A stretch of DNA of 24,498 nucleotides from Campylobacterota bacterium (GTDB lineage Bacteria; Campylobacterota; Campylobacteria; Campylobacterales; Arcobacteraceae): NCBI GenBank assembly GCA_051746405.1, contig JBNJFB010000035.1, positions 1 to 24,498 of the forward strand, in the 5' to 3' direction. The notes under the pieces are model-generated. The model did no database searches. It saw nothing but the letters and a program-made list of their open reading frames with translations, and was not told the DNA's origin. The stretch's first letter is position 1. Each line of letters starts with the position of its first letter. Below, piece by piece: positions 17,809 through 24,498 of the stretch. A program made the position numbers and the translations under genes.

Positions 17809-19344
17809 ATGAAACATGTACCAATAGTAGTGTTAGATTTTGGTAGTCAATATACACAGATTATAGCTAGAAAGCTAAGAGAAGCAGGAGTTTACTCTGA
17901 GATTGTTCCTTTTTCTGAAAGTATAGAAGATATTATGGCAAGAGCTCCAAGGGGAATTATTCTTTCAGGTGGTCCTGCTTCTGTTTATGCAAAGGATGCT
18001 TATCATCCAGATGCTACAATTTTTGAGCTGGGACTTCCTATTTTAGGAATTTGTTATGGAATGCAACTTATATCTCAGCATTTTGGTGGAAGTGTAATTC
18101 CAGCTGATCACCATGAGTATGGAAAAGCACAGTTAAATTTTGTCAAAGAGTCTGATATATTTGCAGATACTACAGATGGACAAACAGTATGGATGAGTCA
18201 TGGAGATAGAGTAGAAAAAATCCCTAATGGATTTAAAAAAATAGCAATAAGTGAAAATTCACCTTATGCAGCTATTGCAAATATGGATAGACTTATTTAT
18301 GCATTACAGTTTCATCCAGAGGTTTATCACACAAAAGAGGGTGCAAAACTTCTTAAAAACTTCGCAAAACATATATGTGGATGTGATTCAACATGGAATA
18401 TGGGCTCATTTGCAAAAGAGCAGATGAAAAATATCCAAGAAAAAGTAGGAAGCAAAAAAGTATTGTGTGGGGTTTCAGGTGGAGTTGATTCATCTGTTGT
18501 TGCTACACTTTTAGCTGAAGCTATTGGAGAGCAACTTATTCCTGTATTTGTTGATAATGGACTATTAAGAGCAAATGAGAGAGAACAAGTTGAAGCTATG
18601 TTTAAAACAAGAGGGATTGACTTAATCACTATTGATGCAACTGAAATATTTCTAGGAAGATTAGAAGGTGTAACTGACCCTGAAAAAAAGAGAAAAATTA
18701 TTGGTGAGACATTTATTGAAGTGTTTGATGAAGAGGCTAAAAAACACGAAGGTATTGAGTTTTTAGCACAGGGTACTTTATATACAGATGTTATTGAGTC
18801 TGTATCTGTAAAAGGACCTTCAAAAACTATCAAATCTCACCATAACGTGGGTGGATTACCTGATTGGATGAGTTTTGAGCTTATTGAGCCTTTAAGAGAG
18901 ATATTTAAAGATGAGGTTAGACTTTTAGGTTTAGAGCTTGGACTTCCAAAAGATATGATTGGAAGACATCCTTTCCCTGGACCTGGACTTGCTATTAGAG
19001 TAATGGGTGATGTTAATAAACCTGATTTAGAACTTTTAAGAAAAGCTGATACTATCATGCTTGATGTACTACACGCAGCTGGATATTATGAAAAAACATG
19101 GCAAGCATTTACAGTACTACTAAATGTAAAATCAGTAGGTGTAATGGGTGATAATAGAACTTACGATAACACAGTTTGTGTAAGAATCGTAGAAGCAACA
19201 GATGGTATGACAGCAACTTTTGCATACTTACCACATGATGTATTAGAAACAATCTCAAGAAGAATCATCAACGAAGTTGATGGGATTAATAGAGTTGTTT
19301 ATGATATTTCTTCAAAACCACCAGCAACTATCGAGTGGGAATAA
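17809..19344 (+). CDS. guaA: GMP synthase (glutamine-hydrolysing)
   Basis: [53 protein letters not shown]. Confidence 0.98.
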   Translation: MKHVPIVVLDFGSQYTQIIARKLREAGVYSEIVPFSESIEDIMARAPRGIILSGGPASVYAKDAYHPDATIFELGLPILGICYGMQLISQHFGGSVIPADHHEYGKAQLNFVKESDIFADTTDGQTVWMSHGDRVEKIPNGFKKIAISENSPYAAIANMDRLIYALQFHPEVYHTKEGAKLLKNFAKHICGCDSTWNMGSFAKEQMKNIQEKVGSKKVLCGVSGGVDSSVVATLLAEAIGEQLIPVFVDNGLLRANEREQVEAMFKTRGIDLITIDATEIFLGRLEGVTDPEKKRKIIGETFIEVFDEEAKKHEGIEFLAQGTLYTDVIESVSVKGPSKTIKSHHNVGGLPDWMSFELIEPLREIFKDEVRLLGLELGLPKDMIGRHPFPGPGLAIRVMGDVNKPDLELLRKADTIMLDVLHAAGYYEKTWQAFTVLLNVKSVGVMGDNRTYDNTVCVRIVEATDGMTATFAYLPHDVLETISRRIINEVDGINRVVYDISSKPPATIEWE

Positions 19345-19363
19345 AAGCGAATAGCTTTTATTC
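19339..19363. terminator. Probable bidirectional terminator over the guaA stop
   Basis: Perfect 10-bp inverted repeat GAATAAAAGC/GCTTTTATTC with 5-nt loop, between convergent guaA and intI. Confidence 0.55.
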
Positions 19364-19394
19364 ATCTTGCACTGGATTTAGATTTGAGGTACTT

Positions 19395-19760
19395 TTAACC
19401 ACTCATATTTAATATAATACTTTTTACTTCATCAATTGTTAGGACTACTGGAATATGTTTTCTCTCTTGTGCTCTTAATGCTTGTATATTCTCATTTTTT
19501 AAAGATATATTTAATACTTGCTCATAGAGAAATAATATTGCATTAAATGCTTGGTTCTGTGTAGTTGGACTTACATTTAGTTTTGTTGCAAGATGGGTAA
19601 GAAACTGTTCGATTTCAATTTTTTCCATATCTTTAGGATGTCTTTTATTATGGAAAAGTATATATTTTTTAGCCCAGTAAATATAAACCCTCTCGGTGCT
19701 CATACTATAATGCTTAAATCGTATCTTATCTCTCATAATATCAAGTAGTTTTTTACCCAC
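19395..19760 (-). pseudogene. intI: Truncated integron integrase (N-terminal 121 aa only)
   Basis: GTG start with GGAGG RBS; KLLD..R..IR.KHYS..TE..Y..W...YI.FH.KRHP, FLTHLA....VS.TTQNQAFNAILFLY, IPVVLT..EV motifs; stops before the catalytic domain, with no remainder in the 50 bp up to guaA. Confidence 0.9.
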
Positions 19761-20094
19761 AATACACCTCCCAATAAATTTAATAAAATGCAGATTTCTC
19801 AAAGAGAGTGCAAGCACAAGATCACGATTTATTCTAAATAACATGCAAAATGTATATTTATTACTGTTATTCAGATAAAAACCATACATTGAAATTATAA
19901 TATAAAATTAAAATTTATTTAAAAAATATTGCATTTTCAAGGAAAGTTTGCTAAAGCAACCGCTATTCGCTACTTTTGCAATATTTTTATAATAAGATGT
20001 GAAAGAATGCTTTATTTAAAGTGTTTGTTGCTATTTTAATATACGACATATTTTGTGTATGTTATTTGTTTATTTTCAGGGTGTTTTATATATA

Positions 20095-20119
20095 ATGTAT
20101 GTTCAATAAATAGTTATGC
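20095..20119 (+). other. Putative attI site (core GTTATGC at 20113-20119)
   Basis: GTTATGCA is the exact complement of TGCATAAC ending cassette 1; no upstream attC palindrome; lies between intI and the first ORF; left boundary approximate. Confidence 0.75.
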
Positions 20120-20132
20120 AGGAGCAACGTAG

Positions 20133-20624
20133 ATGGATTTTTACACTAAGTCAGACATTCAAAGCTCGATACGCAGAGTAGATGAGTTGTTGGGCTGTGG
20201 CATATTCGACCAAGAGAACGCCCAAAATCCACTGGTGCAGTCAGCACTAACTGAGCTACTGATATTGGTGCGCGATCTGATGGCCAAATCTAGAATCTAC
20301 GCTGAGCCCGTTGAGTTCACTGATGACGTTACCGTCACTGAGAAAGTGAAGAACGTCTCTGATGCCATAAAATTCGTCCGAGATGCTATCTGTCACGTTG
20401 ACTCCGACAATAGAAATCACGACGAGTGCAGTGCTCGGTTGAGTTATAACATTGCATATGGTCAGTGTAATTTCGCCAAAATTGGTGACGTGGAGATTAA
20501 GTCTGATTATCCAGATGACGTTTGTTTTTTCTTCGGAAATCAAAAGCTGTATTTGAAACGTCACATCGTTCGAGCCTTCTATGAGGCTAAACGAAACTTG
20601 GAACCTTTGATCAAGAATGCATAA
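20133..20624 (+). CDS. Cassette 1: hypothetical protein with HEPN-like RxxxxH motif
   Basis: GGAG RBS; RDAICH motif after a helical region; markedly higher GC than host; stop codon inside R'' box. Confidence 0.65.
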   Translation: MDFYTKSDIQSSIRRVDELLGCGIFDQENAQNPLVQSALTELLILVRDLMAKSRIYAEPVEFTDDVTVTEKVKNVSDAIKFVRDAICHVDSDNRNHDECSARLSYNIAYGQCNFAKIGDVEIKSDYPDDVCFFFGNQKLYLKRHIVRAFYEAKRNLEPLIKNA

Positions 20625-20702
20625 CCAGACCAGGCACGGCGACGCCTTTTTCGTTGCGGCTTCGCCTCCACTACATAGTCGCGCATGCTGGCAGCGTTAT
20701 GA
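20619..20702 (+). other. attC site 1 (84 bp, GC-rich)
   Basis: R'' GCATAAC, imperfect palindrome CCAGGCACGGCGAC...GTCGCGCATGCTGG, R' GTTATGA. Confidence 0.88.
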
Positions 20703-20716
20703 TAAGGAAAAATATA

Positions 20717-21661
20717 ATGTCAAATATCACAATTGAAGAAAGACTGAAAATATTTGATGAACACTATACAATATTATTTAGTAGCCTTGATAGTCAAGAT
20801 AAAATATATATTGGAAAAGAAGACAATCTAACTTGTAGATTTTGTGGAAAAAACAAAGATGAAGTGACTTTTAATGATATTGCACATGCTATCCCTGAAG
20901 CAATAGGGAATAAAAAAATTATTTTAAATGAAGAATGCGATGAATGTAATAAGTTATTTTCTGAAAATATAGAAGTACATTTTGACAAAGTCACTAAACC
21001 GTGGAGAAACATTGGACAAATTAAGGGTAAAAAAAAGATACCTAGCTATAAAACAAAAGATAAAAAATCTAGAATAGATGTAAAGGATGGCTTCAAAATA
21101 ACTGAACGATTAGATAGCCGAATTACTGCATTTGACGAAATTGAAAAACAACTATCTGTAACATATGAACTAGAACCTTATATTCCTCAAGCAGTGTATA
21201 AAACATTTGTTAAAATGGCTCTATCAGTTATGCCACATGAAGAGCTAAAAAACTTCAAAGAAGCATTACAATGGATACAAGAGTCAGACCATTCAAAAAC
21301 ATTTATGAATCCATTAAAAGTTTTAACAACTTTCATTCCTGGTCCAAGACCTAATATTGAGCCAATTACATTACTTTTAAAAAGAAAAACAGACACAAGT
21401 CAATATCCATATTCTATATTCGTTTTAGCATTTGGAAATATGATATATCAGATTGTAGTTCCATCTTTATTTGGAATTGATAAAAGTAAAAAAACTGAAA
21501 CAACAATTCCAAAATTTCCTTCGCCTTTTGAAATTGATTATAAATATGGAGATATTAAGCACAATATAATTGATTGGAGTAGTTATGAAATTGTTAAAGA
21601 TGAAGTGTTACCAATTCATTTATCCTATGAGACTAAAGAAGAAGTGGATATTGGATCATAA
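20717..21661 (+). CDS. Cassette 2: HNH endonuclease-domain protein (314 aa)
   Basis: CRFCG...AHAIPEAIGN...ECDECN..FS zinc/HNH motif; ATG 20717 behind AAGGA RBS. Confidence 0.85.
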   Translation: MSNITIEERLKIFDEHYTILFSSLDSQDKIYIGKEDNLTCRFCGKNKDEVTFNDIAHAIPEAIGNKKIILNEECDECNKLFSENIEVHFDKVTKPWRNIGQIKGKKKIPSYKTKDKKSRIDVKDGFKITERLDSRITAFDEIEKQLSVTYELEPYIPQAVYKTFVKMALSVMPHEELKNFKEALQWIQESDHSKTFMNPLKVLTTFIPGPRPNIEPITLLLKRKTDTSQYPYSIFVLAFGNMIYQIVVPSLFGIDKSKKTETTIPKFPSPFEIDYKYGDIKHNIIDWSSYEIVKDEVLPIHLSYETKEEVDIGS

Positions 21662-21726
21662 CAAAACCTTGGAGAGAAATAGTTTACCCTAGCGGGCAAA
21701 ACTATTTCTCAAGTCAAACGTTATAT
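21656..21726 (+). other. attC site 2 (71 bp)
   Basis: R'' TCATAAC, CTTGGAGAGAAATAGTTT/AAACTATTTCTCAAG stem with extrahelical bases, R' GTTATAT. Confidence 0.92.
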
Positions 21727-21739
21727 ATAAAGGAAATAA

Positions 21740-22462
21740 ATGGCAGATAATTTTGAAGAAAGCTTAGATAAAATATCAAATTTAAATTTAGATGACTTCC
21801 AAAAAAAAGTTGATTCCGTAAGAAAAATAGATGTAAAAGCAATTCTTAAAAAATTAGAGGATGCAGGGAGAACGGATAATGAAATTTATAAAAATTTATC
21901 AGCAGTAAAAGATATAGATTTTAATGAATATCAAAAAGCTCTTGATTCAGTTAAAAAAATGGGAATAGGTTTAAAAAAAGACAATTTAATAGTTAATAAA
22001 CAAAAGAACATAAATAGTAGTAAAGCAATATTTATAAGTTATTCTCATGAAGATTCCAAATACTTAAAACGATTAAATGTTCATTTAAAACCTCTTGAAA
22101 GACAAGGACTTGTTGAATTATGGGATGATACAAAAATTAAGGTAGGCGATAAATGGGAAGAAGAAATATTAAAAGCATTGAATCGTTCAGCAATTGCAAT
22201 ATTAATTATAAGTGCAGATTTTCTTGCCTCAGATTTTATCATTGAAAATGAGTTACCACCTTTATTAGAAAAAGCAAGTTCCAATGGAACACAAATTTTA
22301 CCTATTATTCTGAAAAAATCAAGATTTGAACGGGAAAAAACTTTATCACAATTTCAAGCACTTAATAGTCCAAATGCACCTATTTTAAGTATGACTGAAC
22401 ATGAGCAAGAAGTATTATGGGATAAATTGGCTGAGAGAATCGAAGAATTAGTAGCTAACTAA
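21740..22462 (+). CDS. Cassette 3: TIR-domain protein
   Basis: IFISYSHED, WDD..I..GD.W..EI..AL, IS.DFLAS.FI...ELP TIR_2 motifs; AAGGA RBS. Confidence 0.92.
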   Translation: MADNFEESLDKISNLNLDDFQKKVDSVRKIDVKAILKKLEDAGRTDNEIYKNLSAVKDIDFNEYQKALDSVKKMGIGLKKDNLIVNKQKNINSSKAIFISYSHEDSKYLKRLNVHLKPLERQGLVELWDDTKIKVGDKWEEEILKALNRSAIAILIISADFLASDFIIENELPPLLEKASSNGTQILPIILKKSRFEREKTLSQFQALNSPNAPILSMTEHEQEVLWDKLAERIEELVAN

Positions 22463-22465
22463 TAT

Positions 22466-22534
22466 ATATAACAAAACATTGGAGAGAAATATTTGACCCT
22501 GCGGCTCAAATATTTCTCAACTCAAACGTTATAG
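22466..22534 (+). other. attC site 3 (69 bp)
   Basis: R'' ATATAAC, TTGGAGAGAAATATTTGA/TCAAATATTTCTCAA stem, R' GTTATAG; close relative of attC2. Confidence 0.92.
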
Positions 22535-22570
22535 GTCTATACTTATAAATCTTAAATTTAAACAAACTCT

Positions 22571-22619
22571 TAGAATATTATAGTATGATAAAAGTATGAA
22601 TTAAATATTACTATAGTAA
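22571..22619 (+). promoter_or_regulatory. Probable promoter/operator of the cassette 4 TA pair
   Basis: About 100 bp 5' leader, unlike the promoterless cassettes; AGTATGA direct repeats (22582, 22593) and perfect palindrome TTACTATAGTAA (22608-22619). Confidence 0.45.
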
Positions 22620-22630
22620 AAGGCTTAATA

Positions 22631-22876
22631 ATGGTAAGAAAAACAGTAGCAATTAAAGATGATTTATTTCATAATTTAGAACTAAATCATCTTACTGACA
22701 AGTATCAATCATTTTCTGAATTGGTATCAAATGCTTTACAACTTTTGATAGAAAAACAAAAAAAAGAGCAATATAAAAAAGCTATGATAGAAGCTTCAAA
22801 AGATAAATTATATATTCAAGATATGAAAAGTATTGAAAATGAATTTCAATATGCTGATTTCGAGAATATCAGATGA
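22631..22876 (+). CDS. Cassette 4: antitoxin (RHH/CopG-like)
   Basis: MVRKTVAIKDDL...SFSELV..AL ribbon-helix-helix pattern, acidic C-terminus, ATGA overlap with toxin. Confidence 0.75.
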   Translation: MVRKTVAIKDDLFHNLELNHLTDKYQSFSELVSNALQLLIEKQKKEQYKKAMIEASKDKLYIQDMKSIENEFQYADFENIR

Positions 22877-23208
22877 ATCAATACGATGTATATCTAGCTG
22901 ATTTAAATCCAACTGTTGGCAGAGAACAATTTGGGAAAAGACCTGTTTTAATAATCTCGAACAATTATGAGAATTTACTTGATGTAGTAACAATCATTCC
23001 AATAACTTCATTAAAGGATGGAAGAAAAATATATCCAAATGAATTATTGTTGCAAAATGAATTGGAAAAGCCATCAATATTATTGTGCCAACAAATTAGA
23101 ACTATTTCAAAAAACAGATTAATTAAAAAGTTAACTTCTATTGATAATTTTATTACTAGAAAAAAAATAGTAGATGTACTTTGTCTAAGATTTGATGATA
23201 TAGATTAA
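22873..23208 (+). CDS. Cassette 4: PemK/MazF-family endoribonuclease toxin
   Basis: DVYLADLNPTVGREQ.GKRPVLIIS, IIPITS, QIRTISK.RL. Confidence 0.93.
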   Translation: MNQYDVYLADLNPTVGREQFGKRPVLIISNNYENLLDVVTIIPITSLKDGRKIYPNELLLQNELEKPSILLCQQIRTISKNRLIKKLTSIDNFITRKKIVDVLCLRFDDID

Positions 23209-23212
23209 CTAC

Positions 23213-23267
23213 CTATAACAAATCCTAGCACTAAACAGCAAAGCTGTCGGTGAAGTCAGTTTTATAT
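23213..23267 (+). other. attC site 4, degenerate (R' lacks the conserved G)
   Basis: R'' CTATAAC complementary to the cassette 4 start; hairpin CACTAAACAGC-AAA-GCTGTCGGTG; TTTATAT where GTTATAT is expected. Confidence 0.7.
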
Positions 23268-23347
23268 CTAAAGTTGAGCACTATCCTCAATTTTAAATAT
23301 GCCTATTTATGAAAGTAAATTGGTAAATATTTAATTAGGAGGATTTG

Positions 23348-23482
23348 ATGTTTAAATTCAAAAAGATCAAATTTGTAAGTTTTTCTCTTGAATTAAGAAC
23401 ATGTGAAAGATGTGAAGAAAGAGTTCGTGAAACTGAAATTTGTGATACTTGTTATTGTTGTACAGCTTGTTGTGCTTGTTAA
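23348..23482 (+). CDS. Cassette 5: 44-aa cysteine-rich peptide, not in the ORF track
   Basis: AGGAGG RBS 5 nt upstream; MFKFKKIKFVSFSLELRTCERCEERVRETEICDTCYCCTACCAC. Confidence 0.7.
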   Translation: MFKFKKIKFVSFSLELRTCERCEERVRETEICDTCYCCTACCAC

Positions 23483-23502
23483 TTGTAAGTTGAGGAATTT
23501 GT

Positions 23503-23718
23503 ATGGAATTTTTCAATGTTGTAAAAAAAGTTACAAAAGGTGCTATAGATATTCTCAGTTCAGTAGCAGATAAAGCTGCTGAACAGGAAGCAAAAGCAGA
23601 AAAAAGACAAAGAGAAGTGATGATTCATAAAAGTGACAGTGAGTTAAAAGACCTTGCAAGTCAGAGTGGCATCAATGGTATGTCAGCAAGAATGGAATTG
23701 AAAAAAAGAGGAGTATAA
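23503..23718 (+). CDS. Cassette 5: small helical hypothetical protein (71 aa)
   Basis: GAGGA RBS; co-oriented, 20 nt after the Cys-rich ORF. Confidence 0.7.
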   Translation: MEFFNVVKKVTKGAIDILSSVADKAAEQEAKAEKRQREVMIHKSDSELKDLASQSGINGMSARMELKKRGV

Positions 23719-23719
23719 A

Positions 23720-23884
23720 ATGCCAGAAAGAAGGACAAAGGATGAAATTAGAAAAGGCTTAATTGAAATAGGTGAAAAACCTGGTTCAAAAGAGCTTGAA
23801 GAGCAAGTAGAGATGGTTTACAAATACGAAGAATCACAACAAAAACGAATAGAAGAAGAGCAAAGAAGAAAAGCAGGTTTATAA
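23720..23884 (+). CDS. Cassette 5: small charged hypothetical protein (54 aa), not in the ORF track
   Basis: GAGGAG RBS; ATG 1 nt after the previous stop; MPERRTKDEIRKGLIEIGEKPGSKELEEQVEMVYKYEESQQKRIEEEQRRKAGL. Confidence 0.7.
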   Translation: MPERRTKDEIRKGLIEIGEKPGSKELEEQVEMVYKYEESQQKRIEEEQRRKAGL

Positions 23885-23894
23885 AATAAAATAT

Positions 23895-23922
23895 AAACTC
23901 AAGTGATATTCACTTGAGTTTT
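23895..23922 (+). terminator. Intrinsic terminator after the three small ORFs
   Basis: Perfect 12-bp inverted repeat AAACTCAAGTGA-TAT-TCACTTGAGTTT ending in a T run. Confidence 0.7.
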
Positions 23923-23930
23923 GCTACAAT
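23922..23930 (+). promoter_or_regulatory. Extended -10 element for the downstream TA pair
   Basis: TGCTACAAT (TGn-TACAAT) about 28 nt before the antitoxin ATG. Confidence 0.5.
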
Positions 23931-23958
23931 TACTTTAAATGAACTTAAAGGATGAGTT

Positions 23959-24216
23959 ATGCAAACTTTATCGGTGCAGATACAAGATGATTACATGCAA
24001 CAGTTTATGAATTTTGTAAAAAATAGTCATTCAAATATAACTATTTCAAAAGACAAAAATTTAGAATTTGATCCGTATTTTTATGAGAGAAAAAAAGATT
24101 TAGAACAAATTATTGAAGACTCTGAAAATGGTACAATAGAGATGCTGTCTCAAGAACAGTACGATCATGAAATGGAAATATTTTTCAAAGATTTAAAAGC
24201 TAATGCAAATCTTTAG
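23959..24216 (+). CDS. Cassette 5: putative antitoxin
   Basis: AAGGA RBS; small acidic protein overlapping the RelE/ParE gene by 14 nt. Confidence 0.75.
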   Translation: MQTLSVQIQDDYMQQFMNFVKNSHSNITISKDKNLEFDPYFYERKKDLEQIIEDSENGTIEMLSQEQYDHEMEIFFKDLKANANL

Positions 24217-24498
24217 AACCAGATTATATAAGACGCAACTATTAAGAATTTTAAAACACATTGCAAAAGATAAAATCAGCGCAAGTGAAAAATTTCATAC
24301 TGACCTAGAAAAACAAATAAACAATCTTACACACTCTCCATATAAATGCAGACAATCTTTTTACTCTGATGATGAAAATGTAAGAGATATGGTTTTTATG
24401 AAATATACCATCCAGTATAAAATCTATGAAAACAAAATTAGCATTTTAAAAATCTTCAATAAAAACAAACCAAAAGAAGATAGATATAACAAAACATA
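24203..24498 (+). CDS. Cassette 5: RelE/ParE-family toxin (stop lies at or just beyond the window end)
   Basis: Manual translation MQIFRTRLYKTQLLRILKHIAKDKISASEKFHTDLEKQINNLTHSPYKCRQS...VRDMVFMKYTIQYKI...ISILKIF; ParE-like I..D...A..F, L...P...R, Y.I.Y pattern. Confidence 0.85.
   Translation, partial: MQIFRTRLYKTQLLRILKHIAKDKISASEKFHTDLEKQINNLTHSPYKCRQSFYSDDENVRDMVFMKYTIQYKIYENKISILKIFNKNKPKEDRYNKT
24484..24498 (+). other. Start of attC site 5 (cut by window end)
   Basis: ATATAACAAAACAT is identical to the start of attC3; TAGATATAAC complements TTATATCTA at 23262. Confidence 0.75.

Larger units (their letters stand above)
19395..24498. mobile_element. Integron (truncated intI + attI + at least 5 cassettes), continues past the window end
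   Basis: intI divergent from co-oriented ORFs separated by attC sites; each cassette's 5' core is complementary to its own 3' inverse core. Confidence 0.92.

Noticed and set aside
19761..19889. N-terminal extension of intI in the ORF track
   Set aside because: IntI similarity starts at GKKLLD, and a GGAGG RBS precedes the GTG at 19760
20654..20716. TTG-start extension of the HNH ORF
   Set aside because: It lies inside attC1 of the previous cassette; ATG 20717 has a proper RBS
21656..22534. Similar repeats considered as a CRISPR array or REP elements
   Set aside because: They are separated by whole genes and have R''/L/R' structure, so they are attC sites
432..22993. Short antisense ORFs in the track (e.g. 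432, 593, 1300, 3497, 3956, 4438, 9542, 12528, 17135, 18327, 18837, 20256, 20794, 21187, 22081, 22808)
   Set aside because: Shadows of well-supported genes on the opposite strand, with no recognisable motifs
23299..23334. Mini-ORF MPIYESKLVNI resembling the start of FmdB zinc-ribbon proteins
   Set aside because: Only 11 codons, no RBS, not joined to the Cys-rich ORF; probably chance
23895..23921. Hairpin considered as an additional attC
   Set aside because: No RYYYAAC/GTTRRRY boxes at the right spacing and no extrahelical bases; it fits a terminator

Overview
AT-rich chromosomal window whose gene content and protein style point to Campylobacterota, most likely Arcobacteraceae (inference). 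It opens with the end of a tRNA cluster (fMet partial, Met, Thr, Gln). Housekeeping and signalling genes follow: TPR protein, HspR/MerR-like regulator, GGDEF cyclase, YqeY, ABC-F, CDF transporter, aspartate aminotransferase, YgjP-like protein, DUF721, nadB and guaA. Within them is a convergent four-gene module: a Slam-like TPR/beta-barrel, a FecR-domain protein with a TbpB-like C-terminal barrel, a CHASE2 adenylate cyclase and an MBL-GAF-HD-GYP phosphodiesterase. This looks like a trans-envelope cyclic-nucleotide signalling system. Directly after guaA is an integron with a truncated integrase lacking its catalytic domain, an attI site and five cassettes: a GC-rich HEPN-motif ORF, an HNH protein, a TIR protein, a MazF/PemK TA pair, and a composite cassette. 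The composite cassette holds three tiny ORFs (one a 44-aa, 9-Cys peptide missed by the ORF track) plus a RelE/ParE TA pair. The array continues beyond the window.
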